NCBI GenBank assembly: GCA_951406725.2
Contig: OX597821.1
Span: 115,382,001 to 115,446,000 of the forward strand
From: Octopus vulgaris
Taxonomy: Eukaryota
Direction of reading: 5' to 3'
Length of the DNA: 64,000 nucleotides
A model generated the notes under the pieces. It worked only from the letters and a program-made list of their open reading frames with translations. It searched no databases and had not been told where the DNA came from. Positions within the stretch are counted from its first letter, which is position 1. The number at the start of each line of letters is the position of its first letter. Shown here piece by piece: positions 37,861-50,650 of the stretch. Made by a program: the position numbers and the translations under genes.

Positions 37861-38380
37861 TATATTTTCCGAATTATGAAATCTAAGTTACAGAATATTT
37901 TAGGAGAAAACCGTCTGTTCTTTTATGTTCTTTTTTAATGGTTGTTGGTTTCCTACAAAAATACAATGCTTCTTAATTGCTTTGGGGTGTTAAATTCTTT
38001 GACGTTTCTGTCTTTTCTCAAGGGCTTTAGGGATATTAGCAAAGTGATGACTTTGACTCAGAATTGAAACTGGGTCGTGGATTCGGCTCACTGGAAGATT
38101 ACCTGTCTCCAGGGAAAACATTGCTCTTTCAAATTTGTTGTTGAAAATTAGAAGCATTGTTGCATTCTTATGTTACATCCCTTGCGTCACATTCTATCCC
38201 ATTTTCTTTCTTTTTGTAAGATTCTACCATGAATTGAGTTTTAAATCTAAATTGGTAAATCAACTATGATAAAGTGGCAAAAGTGTGCTTACTTGATGGG
38301 CTACAAAAATAGCAGCCCAATTTCCCTGAACAAATGATTAAATTTCTTACCTCTCTTTCCCCTTGGGTTTATATATATAT

Positions 38381-38750
38381 CATCATCATCGTTTAACGTC
38401 CGCTTTCCGCGCTAGCACGGGTTGGACGGTTTGACCGGGTCTGGGAAGCCAGGGGCCGCACCAGGCTCCAGTCTGAATCTGGCAGAGTTTCTACGGCTGG
38501 ATGCCCTTCCTAACGCCAACCACTCCGTGAGTGGATTGGGTGCTTTTTACGTGCCACCTGCACAGGGGCCGGAGGGTCCGGCATCGTCACGATCGGTTCG
38601 AGCATTTTAACGTGTCAGCGGCACGGGGGCAACGAGGTCCGGGGTACTTTGGGGATCCAGGGTACTTTGGGGATCCGGGGTACTTAGAATGGGTAGGGGG
38701 TATGTAGAATTGCTGCAGAAAGCAGCCCGGGTCTTTGTAGTCACAGCATT
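38381..38750 (-). mobile_element. RTE 3' UTR copy, CpG-rich variant
   Basis: (CAT)n tail and conserved 3' UTR. Confidence 0.85.
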
Positions 38751-38972
38751 TATCGTCACTGAGTAACGTAATTAGGTAGAGGAAAGAAATACAGATATTC
38801 TAGAGTTGAGTTGGGGAGGGGGGGTCCAGTTGAGGCGGGTAATATAGGGGAGCATATAAAATATATATATATATAACACTATGAAATGGTCAAAACTTTT
38901 TCACAGGAACTTAGTTCGATTTGAAAACCCCACTAGAATGGGAGAAAGCGCTAATATATGATCTAAGTTATA

Positions 38973-39487
38973 TCTATATATATAAAACTGTAGTTGTGTG
39001 AGTGTCTGTCCCCTTCGATTTAGATTCCTAACTACTCCCACATTTTGCGGTGCAGTTTAACCAAATTCGGGTATCTTATAGTTGTGATTAATATCGAGCC
39101 CGTCTGGCTATTAGCGCGCGTCTACGATGAGTCTACGATTTTAAAAATAATTTAACATCATTTTTTATTCCATTTTAATGCATAATTTTTCGTGTGTTGA
39201 TGGCGGCGGAGTTGGCGTCCACGCTCAAACACCTGCACCTGTTTGCTTCTCCCCCTTCTTCCCTCCCTCGTGAAGCTGTGGGGAAGGGAGTGTAAGGAAA
39301 TCAACATCGTAAAGCGTTGTCAAGGAGACCAGCGTTCTATTAGAACAACGACTTCATGGCTTGAAGACACCAAAACAGAAATGGCTAAGAAAGCCCGAAT
39401 TGGCATCTATAAGGGAAGTAACTTTCTAAAAATGCTTATATAGTTATTTCCCTTACAAGCCCGAGCAACGCCGGGCGATACTGCTAG
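38973..39487 (+). mobile_element. Non-autonomous Helitron
   Basis: A|TC 5' end, subterminal hairpin GCCCG-AGCAACGC-CGGGC (39459-39476), CTAG|T 3' end, no TSD. Confidence 0.85.
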
Positions 39488-40254
39488 TGATGTATAAAAA
39501 CATGTAATATACAAATAAATATCTGTAAATATAAAACCATCCGAATTTCTGAGTACCTCATTTCTTCTAATATATATATATATATATATATAATACAAAT
39601 AAGAAAATGGAGAAACAAATTTGGTTTGTTCATGAACTTACAGATATTATAATGTTGGATTATTTATTCATTTTACAGAAGAGAACATCAAAAACATACA
39701 AAAATATTATATAAATCAATAGATAAGATAATAATAATACAAATACAGATTTTAAAAGTCATAGTATAAATTAATGAAATCCTAAAAATTACTTCTTACA
39801 GCCTATAGCAAAAAGTAAATCTAATTTTCATTGCCTATAGATGTCAACATACTAAGGTTACAGGCATTTAAAAAATATAATATTTATATATTAAAAGAAA
39901 ACATAGGCCTCGTCAGAGGTTGTAATGAACTTTAAAAATATTAATATTAATATACTAAACATGATACACGTATAACTTAATACATAAAAAATAAACAATA
40001 AACAAATATATATATATATATATATGGATCTTTTCCTTTTGAACGGCACATGTCAACACAATTTCTAGCTAACTAAACACTTTAAAACTTTGTATACTGG
40101 TAGAATGAGTCAAAATAAAACATTTTTTTCTCTTGGCTTTCTTGAGAAAATTGTAATTTGTTTGTTTAATGTAGTTTAATTTTTCGAATTTTAACCAATG
40201 AATCGCCTCTATTTAGCTAAAATCATTTGCTACCATAAACATACATTCATTGAA

Positions 40255-40290
<36 letters not shown>

Positions 40291-40596
40291 GTATATATCC
40301 ATTCACATATACACAAGCATACATGCATCCACGTGAATGTACATACTCTCACATATCATCAATAAATACATATATACACAGTCCCTCTTACAATCCACAT
40401 ATATGCACACATGTACACATTCAAACAAACATACATACACACACACATATCCATACACACACGCATATCCACACGCCCATGTAAATACACATACATTCCT
40501 ACATCAATAATTTACAAATACCTACAAAATAAACTTTATAAATAAGTATGTCTACAATTAAACAAAAAAAAAAACTAGATAAGAGTTAAATAATTA

Positions 40597-40754
40597 GAGT
40601 GGCTGTGTGGTAAGTAGCTTGTTTACCAACCACATAGTTCCTGGTTCAGTCCCACTGCGTGGCACCTTGGGCAAGTGTCTTCTACTATAGCCTCGGGCCG
40701 ACCAAAGCCTTGTGAGTGGATTTGGTAGACGGAAACTGAAAGAAGCCCGTCGTA

Positions 40755-40815
<61 letters not shown>

Positions 40816-41015
40816 TTGTCCCCCTAGCATTGCTTGACAACCGATGCTGGTGTGTTTATGTCCCCGTTTTAGCGGTTCGGCAAAAGAGACCGATAGAATA
40901 AGTACTGGGCTTACAAAAGAATAAGTCCCGGGTTCGATTTGCTCGACTAAAGGCGGTGCTCCAGCATGGCCGCAGTCAAATGACTGAAACAAGTAAAAGA
41001 GTAAAAGAGTAAAGA
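40597..41015 (+). mobile_element. Full-length CORE-like tRNA SINE (best copy)
   Basis: A box TGGCTGTGTGG, B-like box GGTTCAGTCCC, GTGGCACCTTGGGCAAGTGTCTT, internal (TA)n(TG)n, (GTAAAAGA)n tail. Confidence 0.9.
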
Positions 41016-41697
41016 GTATACCTAACATTTTTATTAAATAAATACACAAAATGAAAGTTAGCCAAATCCACAAGCATAGTCATAAAGGCAATTGAATATA
41101 TGAAGAAACCCACATCCACATCAGTAGTAGCTAGACTAGATGCATGCAAAAATATAAACATATACGTACATTCACATACACACACTTACACACACATCCA
41201 TACAAAAACATATATACATACATATACTTACACATACATACACACACTCACATATACAAACCATTACATTCACAAATATACACTAAGATCATCTATAGTA
41301 TCCAATATACATAATATAACACAGAACAATAAGTGAAAACCCTACACATACATTTGCATATATATATACATAAATATACATACATAAATCCACATATCCA
41401 TAGACTGAACCAAATACTAGTGCATTCATGTAGGCATTTATATGCAAACCTACCGTACACAAAGCTTAATATTAAACAACAGATGTAAATGTATACCAAT
41501 ATACATATACATACAAACATATACAAGTATATATGGAGTATACATATATGTACACATTTATATATAACCCCACAGGTAATTATACAACACAGTTTAAATA
41601 TGTAAAAACATAATACCAATACAAGTATAAGTCAGACTACATGCATATACATACATACATACATGTACACACACATACACATCTATATATATATATA

Positions 41698-41912
41698 TAA
41701 TGTGACCGCGTGTGTACCGTTGGCGATTGTTTTTTTTCCCTCTGTCTTCCCTTCTCTGGATCTTTCCTTCTACTATATTTCCAATGAAGAACTCCGCTCG
41801 AAACGTTAAACCCTCCTTCTTTCCTTCTTTCCTGATCGTCCAATAATACTATATTTGTTCCATATCCTTGCGTTGTTGTTTTTTTGTGCTTTCCTGTTTG
41901 GATTAACTTTAT
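41698..41912 (+). mobile_element. Penelope pLTR-like fragment with degenerate hammerhead motif
   Basis: TTCCAATGAAGAACTCCGCTCGAAACGTTA at ~41779-41808; flanked by (TA)n. Confidence 0.55.
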
Positions 41913-41920
41913 ATACATAC

Positions 41921-42003
<83 letters not shown>

Positions 42004-42039
42004 AAAAAGGAGATGTGGAACACGAGTTGTGATATATAA

Positions 42040-43071
42040 AAAAAGGAAATGAAGAAAATGCTGACAAAATAATTTAAGTAAGGGAGAGTGTATTTAATTA
42101 GGTGAAAGTTCTTTTTACCGGTTGCGCATTTGTTATGCTTATCAAAAGATATTTTTTAAGAGAGATAGAGTTCCTTTCTGATAGATTTTTTTCTCTTATC
42201 TGACTTTATGTTGGGTTTGCTGTCTCTTATATGTGAAAAAAGAGGCTCCAGAGTTGTTTAAGAATTGCTTGGTTTCGCGCCTAAAATTTCTTGTGGACAA
42301 TGGTCAATACAATTTTGATTGGTCATTATAAAGGGTTACGTGAATGTTTGAATGGAAGTTGGTGTTGGGGTAAGAAAATAGGCTCCAGAGATGTTAAAAT
42401 TTGGCTAGTGTCGCACCTAAAATTTCTTATTGGTCATAATAAAGAGGTCACACACATACATACATACATATAGCTCTTCCTGTCCTAAACGAACTTACTC
42501 ATCCAGCTCAAATTCAGTCAAGCGGAAAATACACTCCTTAACTACGCTCTAAAAAGCTATTTAAAATATCCACATGACGTCTACTGACCAGCCTGAACAA
42601 TTAGAATTTTCAACAATGCTATTTTCGAAAACTCCATACACCACCCACACCAACATTCATGTGACCTCTCTATTATGACCACATCCACGTGACCTCTTTA
42701 TTATGACCAATAAGAAATTTTAGGTGCGACACTAGCCAAATTTTAACATCTCTGGAGCCTATTTTCTTACCCCAACACCAACTTCCATTCAAACATTCAC
42801 GTAACCCTTTATAATGACCAATCAAAATTGTATTGACCATTGTCCACAAGAAATTTTAGGCGCGAAACCAAGCAATTCTTAAACAACTCTGGAGCCTCTT
42901 TTTTCACATATAAGAGACAGCAAACCCAACATAAAGTCAGATAAGAGAAAAAATCTATCAGAAAGGAACTCTATCTCTCTTAAAAAAATATCTTTTGATA
43001 AGCATAACAAATGCGCAACCAGTAAAAAGAACTTTCACCTAAAATTATTTTGTCAGCATTTTCTTCATTTC

Positions 43072-43073
<2 letters not shown>
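42040..43073. repeat. Long inverted repeat (~400 bp arms, ~235 bp spacer)
   Basis: ~42040-42451 is the near-exact reverse complement of ~42689-43073 apart from one ~24 bp indel. Confidence 0.92.
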
Positions 43074-43106
<33 letters not shown>

Positions 43107-43114
43107 CATACATG

Positions 43115-43392
43115 TGGAGGCGCAATGGCCCAGTGGTTAGGGCAGCAGACTCGCGGTCATAGGATCACGGTTTCGATTCCTAGACAAGGCATTGTGAGTG
43201 TTTATAAAGCTCCATGAGGCTCCGGCAGGGGGTGGTGGCAATCCCTGCTGTACTCTTTCGCCGCAACTTTCTCTCACTCTTTCTTCAGTCGGTCTGCTCA
43301 CTTAGCCAGCATGGTGGCGTCATTTAAAGGCTAAAACAATGCGAAACGCATTGTGACCATCAATGTGTAGCAACATCTGATAGCCTGGTCGT
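43115..43392 (+). mobile_element. Third tRNA-derived SINE family (Arg-like head)
   Basis: GGCGCAATGGCCCAGTGGTTAGGGCAGCAGACTCGCGGTC...GGTTTCGATTCC followed by a non-tRNA body. Confidence 0.75.
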
Positions 43393-43869
43393 AGACAGAG
43401 AGAGAGAGATACATACATATAACTATATATATACATATATATATATATACATATACATACCCATACATACATACAAACCTATACAATCATCACATACACA
43501 AATGTGTACTGATATCTATCCATAAGATCTAACATACATGAAAAATAAAATAAAATAATAATTAAAACTACCACATACATGTACACAAATATACATACAT
43601 AAATATATATACACATATCCATCTACACATATACAAATCCACTAGTGTACTCAAGTGGGTTTGTACATTCTCACACACTTTATACATAACTATATACTAA
43701 ATAACAAGTGTAAATATAAATCAATATACATAAATATATGGATATATCTACAAACCAATACAAGTACATAAAGAATATACAAAATTGTACACACAAATAA
43801 ACACTTATATATATATAAACATATTCACATACATATACATATATTACACACATATACATACATATACAA

Positions 43870-46800
43870 ATAACGATATGCCCATAACCCATTACAATTT
43901 CTTTACTCCTAAGTAAAAGTGCTCTTTATAACTAGTTGCATTTATTTCAAAGGGTATTTTATAATAAGTACTATTTATATCTGGAGAAAGTACACCCAAT
44001 TTTATGAAGACATGAAACATTATGTTCCTTAAAATTGTTAATAATTGGTAGATTAGTCCTAATTATAAAGAAAATCTCATTAATGCATAATGAGCATTTT
44101 CTGTTTTTATAATTATACGCTGGTGCAGATATAAGTATTTTCCATTGTAAATTATAATTTTTTCTTTTATCCTTAAGTTCCCATAAATATGTACTTAACC
44201 CTTACTCCTATTTCTATTTTTAAAAGTATATCTGTGATAATTAAGTCTCTGTTTCAAATTATTCTTAGTAGCCCCAATATTGACTCTCTTATCATATTAT
44301 GTACTTATATATTGATATACTACCTCTTTCCTCATGCATCATTCTTAAATACACAATTTTTTCTAATCCTCCAATTGCACCTATTAATTTGTTGTAGATG
44401 CTTTACTTTATTATGATTAATTGTTACTGCATTATTATCATTATTTTTATTATTAATATTATTATCATTATTACTTACTATTCCCATATCCACCTGCAGA
44501 TTATTATTGATATTATTGTTCTTATTTCTGTTATTATTACTATTACCTATAGTGTTATCATTACTAATTCTATTAATATTATCCATGTTAATAATACTCG
44601 TTATAGTATTTCTATTACTATTATTGTCATTTCGATTAATATTATTAATATTGTTATTATTATTATATCTTATGGTATTGTAAGACACGTTTGTGTTACC
44701 TAAATTATTTTTTCTATTTAGATAGAAATAATCAAGTTTTTTATTATTAATTGAGGATATGATGGTGGCCAGATTATGAGTTAGACTATATCCTATTCTT
44801 ATCATCATCATCATCATCATCATTTAGCGTCCGTTTTCCATGCTAGCATGGGTTGGACGGTTCAACTGGGGTCTGGGGAGCCCGAAGGCTGCACCAGGCC
44901 AGTCAGATCTGGCAGTGTTTCTATAGCTGGATGCCCTTCCTAACGCCAACCACTCCGAGAGTGTAGTGGGTGATTTTATGTGCCACCGACACAGGTGCCA
45001 GACGAGGCTGGCGAACGGCCACGCTCGGATGGTGTTTTTATGTGCCACCGACACAGGTGCCAGACGAGGCTGGCAGACGGCCACGCTCGGATGGTGTTTT
45101 TATGTGCCACCGACACAGGTGCCAGATGAGGCTGGCGGACGGCCACGATCGGATGGTGTTTGTTACGTCCCCAAAGCACGGAGGCCAGTCTATGCGGTAC
45201 TGGCTACGGCCACGTTCGGATGATTTTCTTGTGTGCCACCGGCACTGGTACCACAAAGATACAAATTCCATTGATGTTCATCTATTTTGATTTGTTTTGA
45301 TTTGATTTGATTTGATTTTCACTTGCCTCAACAGGTCTTCACAAGTGTCACAAGAAGGAAGGTATGCACAGGTGGACTGACTACGTCCCAGGTAGGGGCC
45401 ACGGGTTATGGCCTGACTAGTCTTGCCGGGTCTTCGGATGGTGTTTTTATGTGCCACCGACACAGGTGCCAGATGAGGCTGGCGAACGGCCACGATCGGA
45501 TGGTGTTTGTTGCGTGCCCACAGCACGGAGGCCAGTCGATGCGGTACTGGCTACGGCCACGTTCGGATGGTTTTCTTGTGTGCCACCGGCACTGGTACCA
45601 CAAGATACAAATTCCATTATAGTTTTATCTCCCAATGTTTGTTCTTTCCTTTTCCAAAATGCTTGTTTATTAAATTGAAAATATTTTTTACTATGTTATT
45701 TTTTATTTGCATAGCATAAGGAATTATTAACCACAGTGTATCTATTACATTATTTTGATTATAAGGTTTTTCTATATTATTTATAATTTCCCTATTCTTA
45801 TTATTTCTTCTATAATTAATAGAATTTTTATTATTATGATTTTGACTAAGTGCTTTATTGTAGTTATTGTTATTATAATAATTCTTATTAACTTTATTAT
45901 TTCTATTATTATTATTAATGTTATTATTATTATTATTATTATTATTTAATATATGATCTCTAATCTCATTTATACTATTACTAGTATTATTTTTATCCAT
46001 ATTTATATTATTTTTGAGATTATTCTTTTTATTTGGATTATTGTTATGCATGTCTAACAGGTGCTTATAAGTAGTTGTTAATTTATTCCTAGTATTAAGG
46101 TATATTTGGGATATATTTCATTTTACCACTATATCCTGCTCTATGTAATGCGGAGTTATACTTTTCACTATGTCTATTAAATATCTCTTCATTCGAGGAA
46201 AGGTTAGAAATCCTTTTACTTATGTTTAGTAGTAGTGCTTTTTTAATTTGTGGAGGGTGATTATTAGAGTTATTCATATATCTTAAATTGGAATTTTGTT
46301 TCACATAAGGTTCATGGATCCAGTATTAAGGTTACAATTGACATCGAGATAATTAATAGAATAATTTTCATTTTCTATAGTAATGGATAGGCCGAAACTC
46401 TTAAAGAATTTATGTAATCGTTTCTTGAGTATTTCTAGTCTTCTATTCGAAAGGTTCCTAACTAAAAATAAAGCGCCGTCTCTATAGAGGCTGCCATTCA
46501 ATTCAGGGAATTCTCTACTTAAATTATCTAATAAATAAATTCCTACTAAATCCATCGTTTCCGCTGAATCTGGCAAACCCATTGTAAATGTCAAATAAGT
46601 CAGGCGTATCCTTTCTAGCCCATAATTTATTATCAAATTCTATAACTGATTTTCTTGCTATCAAAATTACCTTAATTTCCTTCATGCTAATATTAGTATA
46701 TTTTTTTGCAAAAATTAAAGCTTTGTTAAGTATTATTGGGTTAATTGATGAATAATAATTTTGGATATCAAATTGGATTAATTTATGGTTAATACTGGAA

Positions 46801-46905
46801 AACCATTCCAATGCACCTTGTGTGTTCTTCCATAAATTAAGCTTAATTTTATTTCTAATAATAGGTATATATTTATCCAGAATTAATTTACTTAATTTGC
46901 CTATT
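43870..46905 (-). mobile_element. Penelope-like element (RT + GIY-YIG endonuclease), decayed and interrupted by RTE
   Basis: LIQFDIQNYYSSI..LFDI/TMGLPDSAETMDLVGIYLL..LYRDG; HPPQIKKA..ISKRISNLSSNEEIF; CNWRIRKNC..EVVYQ..NIGATKNNLKQRLNYHRYTF. Confidence 0.88.
44801..45615 (-). mobile_element. RTE 3' UTR with internal tandem units and a partial duplication, inserted in Penelope
   Basis: (CAT)n tail; ~56 bp units GGATGGTGTTTTTATGTGCCACCGACACAGGTGCCAGA; ~45435-45615 repeats ~45089-45270. Confidence 0.9.
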
Positions 46906-47051
46906 CAAGTCTACATGTACAGCTCTTTTTTCATTGTTCCACTCCTTGTACATTTTGTAATAAGTTGGGAAGAAACTGCTAGAGCAGTGATTCAAGGTTT
47001 CACCTCTAGGTAACTGTCAGGTACCATGACCGAACCATAATAGTTTCATGT

Positions 47052-47481
47052 ACTGCCAGTTGGTTGATGTATAGATCCACTGTAATTGATTTACCAGGTC
47101 TCATGAAGCGATGGACCACCGAACAGACACCTTTAGCTTTTTTTTGGTGAATATTCTTTTTTCGATTGTGTTTTGGCACTTTGTCTCTATCCAACCACCA
47201 TGCAGAATGCTTGCTATTGTTGAAAAGAATCCATTTTTTATCACATGTAACAATACGATGCAAAAATGGTTCACCTTTATGCCATGACAGCAAGTTTCAA
47301 GAAGACATGTCATTTGATGCTCATTGAGTTCCTGTGTTACCTACTTGTCCAGCTTCTTTACCTTGCCGATTTGTTTCAGATTGTCCAATACATACCTTGC
47401 TGCTAACTCACGCGTAGTTTGAGATGTATCCACTTCCACTACAGTTTCCAGCTCATCATTATCCACCTTGGTCTCAGGTCT
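47052..47481 (-). mobile_element. Internal Mariner fragment, inverted relative to 49201-50160
   Basis: EPFLHRIVTCDKKWILFNN; reverse complement of ~49303-49750; no TIRs. Confidence 0.9.
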
Positions 47482-47625
47482 ATGAAACCATCATGTAATT
47501 CAATCTTTTTCTTAAAAGAACCACTTTTGGCAGTTACATTCTTTGCAGAATGTCGAAGCAGCTGATTGACATGTGTTGCCATTCTTGTCAACCAGGAGAA
47601 GGCCAAGACAAATGGCTCAGACAGA

Positions 47626-49003
47626 TCATCATCATCATCATCATTGTTTAACGTCCGTTCTCCATGCTAGCATGGGTTGGACGGTTCGACCGGGGTTCTG
47701 GGAAGCCAGAAGGCTGCACCAGGCTCCAGTCTAATCTGGCAATGTTTCTACAGCTGGATGCCCTTCCTAATGCCAACCACTCCGTGAGTGTAGTGGGTGC
47801 TTTTTACGTGCCACCTGCACAGGTGCCAGGTGGGGCTGGCAACGGCCATGGTCAGATTGGTGTATTTTATGTGCCACCGGCACGGAAGCCAGTCGAGGCG
47901 GTGCTGGCATCGGCCATGAGTCGGATAGTGCTTTTTACGTACCACCAGACCAGGGATCCTGGCTGGTTCAATTCGATTTCGATTTCGCTTGCCCCAACAT
48001 GTCTTCACAAGCAAAGGGGGTTGGCATGGGTGCCTGTCGTACGGTCGCATTGGAGTATTTTACGTGCCACGGCCACGAGTCGGATAGTGCTTTTTACGTA
48101 CCACCAGACCAGGGATCCTGGCTGGTTCAATTCGATTTCGATTTCGCTTGCCCCAACATGTCTTCACAAGCAAAGGGGGTTGGCATGGGTGCCTGTCGTA
48201 CGGTCGCATTGGAGTATTTTACGTGCCACGGCCACGAGTCGGATAGTGCTTTTTACGTACCACCAGGCCAGGGATCCTGGCTGGTTCAATTCGGTTTCGA
48301 TTTCGCTTGCCCCAACATGTCTTCGCAAGCATGGGGGGTTGGCATGGGTGTCTGTCGGCGGATGAGGTTCTATATCGACTTCGCTTGCCTCAACCGGTCT
48401 TTGTGTCCAAGGGAGGAAAGGCATTCATAAGTGGGCTGGGCTCACTTGTCCTGCCTGGTCTTCTCACGTACAGAATATTTCCAAAGGTCTCGGTCTCTGG
48501 TCATTTCCTCAGTGAGGCCTAAAGTTCGAAGGTCGTGCTTCACCACCTCGTCCCAGGTTTTCCTGGGTCTACCTCTTCCACGGGTTCCCTCAACTGCTAG
48601 GGATTGGCACTTTCTCACACACCTATCTTCATCCATTCTCGCCACATGACCATACCAGCGCAATCGTCTCTCTTGCACACCACAACTGATGCTTCTTAGG
48701 TACAACATTTCTCTCAAGGTGCTAACGCTCTGTCGAGTATGTACACTGACATTACACATCCATCGGAGCATACTGGCTTCATTCCTCACGAGCTTACGCA
48801 TGTCCTCAGCAGTCACGGCCCATGTTTCGCTGCCATGTAGCATGGCTGTTCGTACACACGCATCATACAGTCTGCCTTTTACTCTGAGCGAGAGGCCCTT
48901 AGTCACCAGCAGAGGTAAGAGCTCCCTAAACTTTGCCCAGGCTATTCTTATTCTAGCAGTTACACTTTCAGCGCACCCACCCCCACTACTGACTTGGTCA
49001 CCT
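47626..49003 (-). mobile_element. 5'-truncated RTE LINE with TSD
   Basis: ORF ..RIRIAWAKFRELLPLL..MLHGSETW..RRLRWYGHVARM..RGRGRPRKTW; 160-bp tandem units in the 3' UTR; TSD CTCAGACA(G/A)AT near 47617 and 49006. Confidence 0.92.
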
Positions 49004-49200
49004 GACTCAGACAAATGACTAAGTATCTTCGTTGTTACGAAGATAGTGCAATTGATTCCACATATGTTAGGCACACAGCATGTTACCATACCAATAGCTT
49101 TTTGTAATCTCAGAGCAGTATCTCTCTCCTAATTAGTAATTATTGCTGTTGCTAATTATAAATGGTCAACTAAGTTTATTTTTATGTGCGACAATAAATA

Positions 49201-50160
49201 TCAGGTCATTAAGAATGGAAAATCTGATTTTTTTATTCACTAAGTTTGACGATTGGTAACTCTAATGTTTTATCCTGACAATTCTTTGTTTTACAACATT
49301 GGTAGACCTGAGACAAAGGTGGATAATGATGAGCTGCAAACTGTAGTGGAAGTGGATACATCTGAAACTACGCGTGAGTTAGCAGCAAGGTATGTATTGG
49401 ACAATCTGAAACAAATTGGCAAGGTAAAGAAGCTGGACAAGTAGGTAACACAGGAACTCAAAGAGCATCAAATGACATGTCTTCTTGAAACTTGCTGTTT
49501 TTTACTGTCATGGCATAAAGGTGAACCATTTTTGCATCATATTGTTACATGTGATGAAAAATTGATTTTTTCAACAATAGCAAGCATTTTGCATGGTGGT
49601 TGGATAGAGACAAAGTGCCAAAACACAATCAGAAAAAGAATATTCACCAAAAAAAAGCTAACGGTGTCTGTTCGGTGGTCCATCGCTGGTGTCATCCATT
49701 ACAGCTTCATGAGACCTGGTAAATCAATTACAGTGGATGTATACATCAACCACCCGAGATTGGTCAACAGAGACAGGCTAATTCTCTTGCAAGACAATGC
49801 TCGACCACATGTTGCACAAAGAACGCTACTCAAGTTGCAGGAACTGAACTTGGATGTACTCTATCATCTACTATATTCATCAGACCTTGCACCAGCTAAC
49901 TATCACGTTTTCTATGCATTAGACAACTTTTTGCAAGGAAAAACTTGAAATCTGAAGAAGATGCAAAACAGCCTTTCATGATTTCATCACCTCTTGCTCT
50001 CCAGAATTTTTTGCTGCTGGCATAAATAAGCTACCGATAAAATGGCAAAATTGTGTTGATAATTTAGGTGCATACTTTAATTAACTGCATTGCTTTTTGT
50101 TGAGATAAAGTAAAATAAACTTTCAGTTCAAAATCAGACATTTCATTCTTAATGACCTTA
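49201..50160 (+). mobile_element. Mariner (DD34D-type) transposon, internally deleted
   Basis: TIRs TCAGGTCATTAAGAATG / CATTCTTAATGACCTTA flanked by TA; motifs IVTCDEK, LLQDNARPHVA, YSSDLAPANYHVF. Confidence 0.92.
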
Positions 50161-50199
50161 TATTTCTGTTAAAAGACGAAAAATACATATAAAAGATAA

Positions 50200-50650
50200 A
50201 ATTATCGAGAAAAATCTCTCATAACTACCTCATCAAGGAAACAAAGAAAAAGAAAAGGGTGGAAGGAAAGTAAGCAGTAGAAGATAGGGAGGCGGAAGTA
50301 ACGAGTTGTACACTCCAGAACAAATTGGCATGTGTAGCTGCGCCTCGTGGCCATGATTGCAAAGGTGTTGTCGTGGAGAATGTTCAGTGACACTTGCTGC
50401 AACAGCCACTCCATCTCACACTGCTCATTTCTCAGATGGGCTGCAGTTATCCCGATTTTTCAAAGGAAATCAGCAGTGCGAGGTCCGAGAACACGTGAGG
50501 TCTTGACAGCGACCGCCATGAACTAATAGTGACCAGTCATGCTCCTGTATTTGCTTATCTTTCTCACCTTGGTGTTACAGGTGGCAAGCAGCCTGAGTTT
50601 ACAGCCAATGCAGCAAGGTTGGAGCCAGAGAATGTGTCACAGATTAGGGA
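50200..50650 (-). mobile_element. CRE-like non-LTR 3' fragment (RLE domain)
   Basis: RKISKYRSMTGHY*FMAVAVKTSRVLGPRTADFL*KIG..EMEWLLQQVSLNILHDNTFAI. Confidence 0.65.

Noticed and set aside
38381-38620. Second possible hyper-edited copy
   Set aside because: Differences include both A>G and T>C and mostly create CpG, which fits a CpG-retaining subfamily rather than strand-specific editing.
43115-43190. tRNA gene (also 40597-40665)
   Set aside because: A/B boxes are present but there is no complete acceptor stem and a SINE body follows.
44960-45260. CRISPR-like regularly spaced repeats
   Set aside because: Spacers are homologous to each other, the array is part of an RTE 3' UTR, there are no cas genes and the context is eukaryotic.
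47664-48430. Recurrent LQLDALPNANHS ORFs (up to 233 aa)
   Set aside because: Antisense readings of the GC-rich RTE 3' UTR; they recur because the repeat does.
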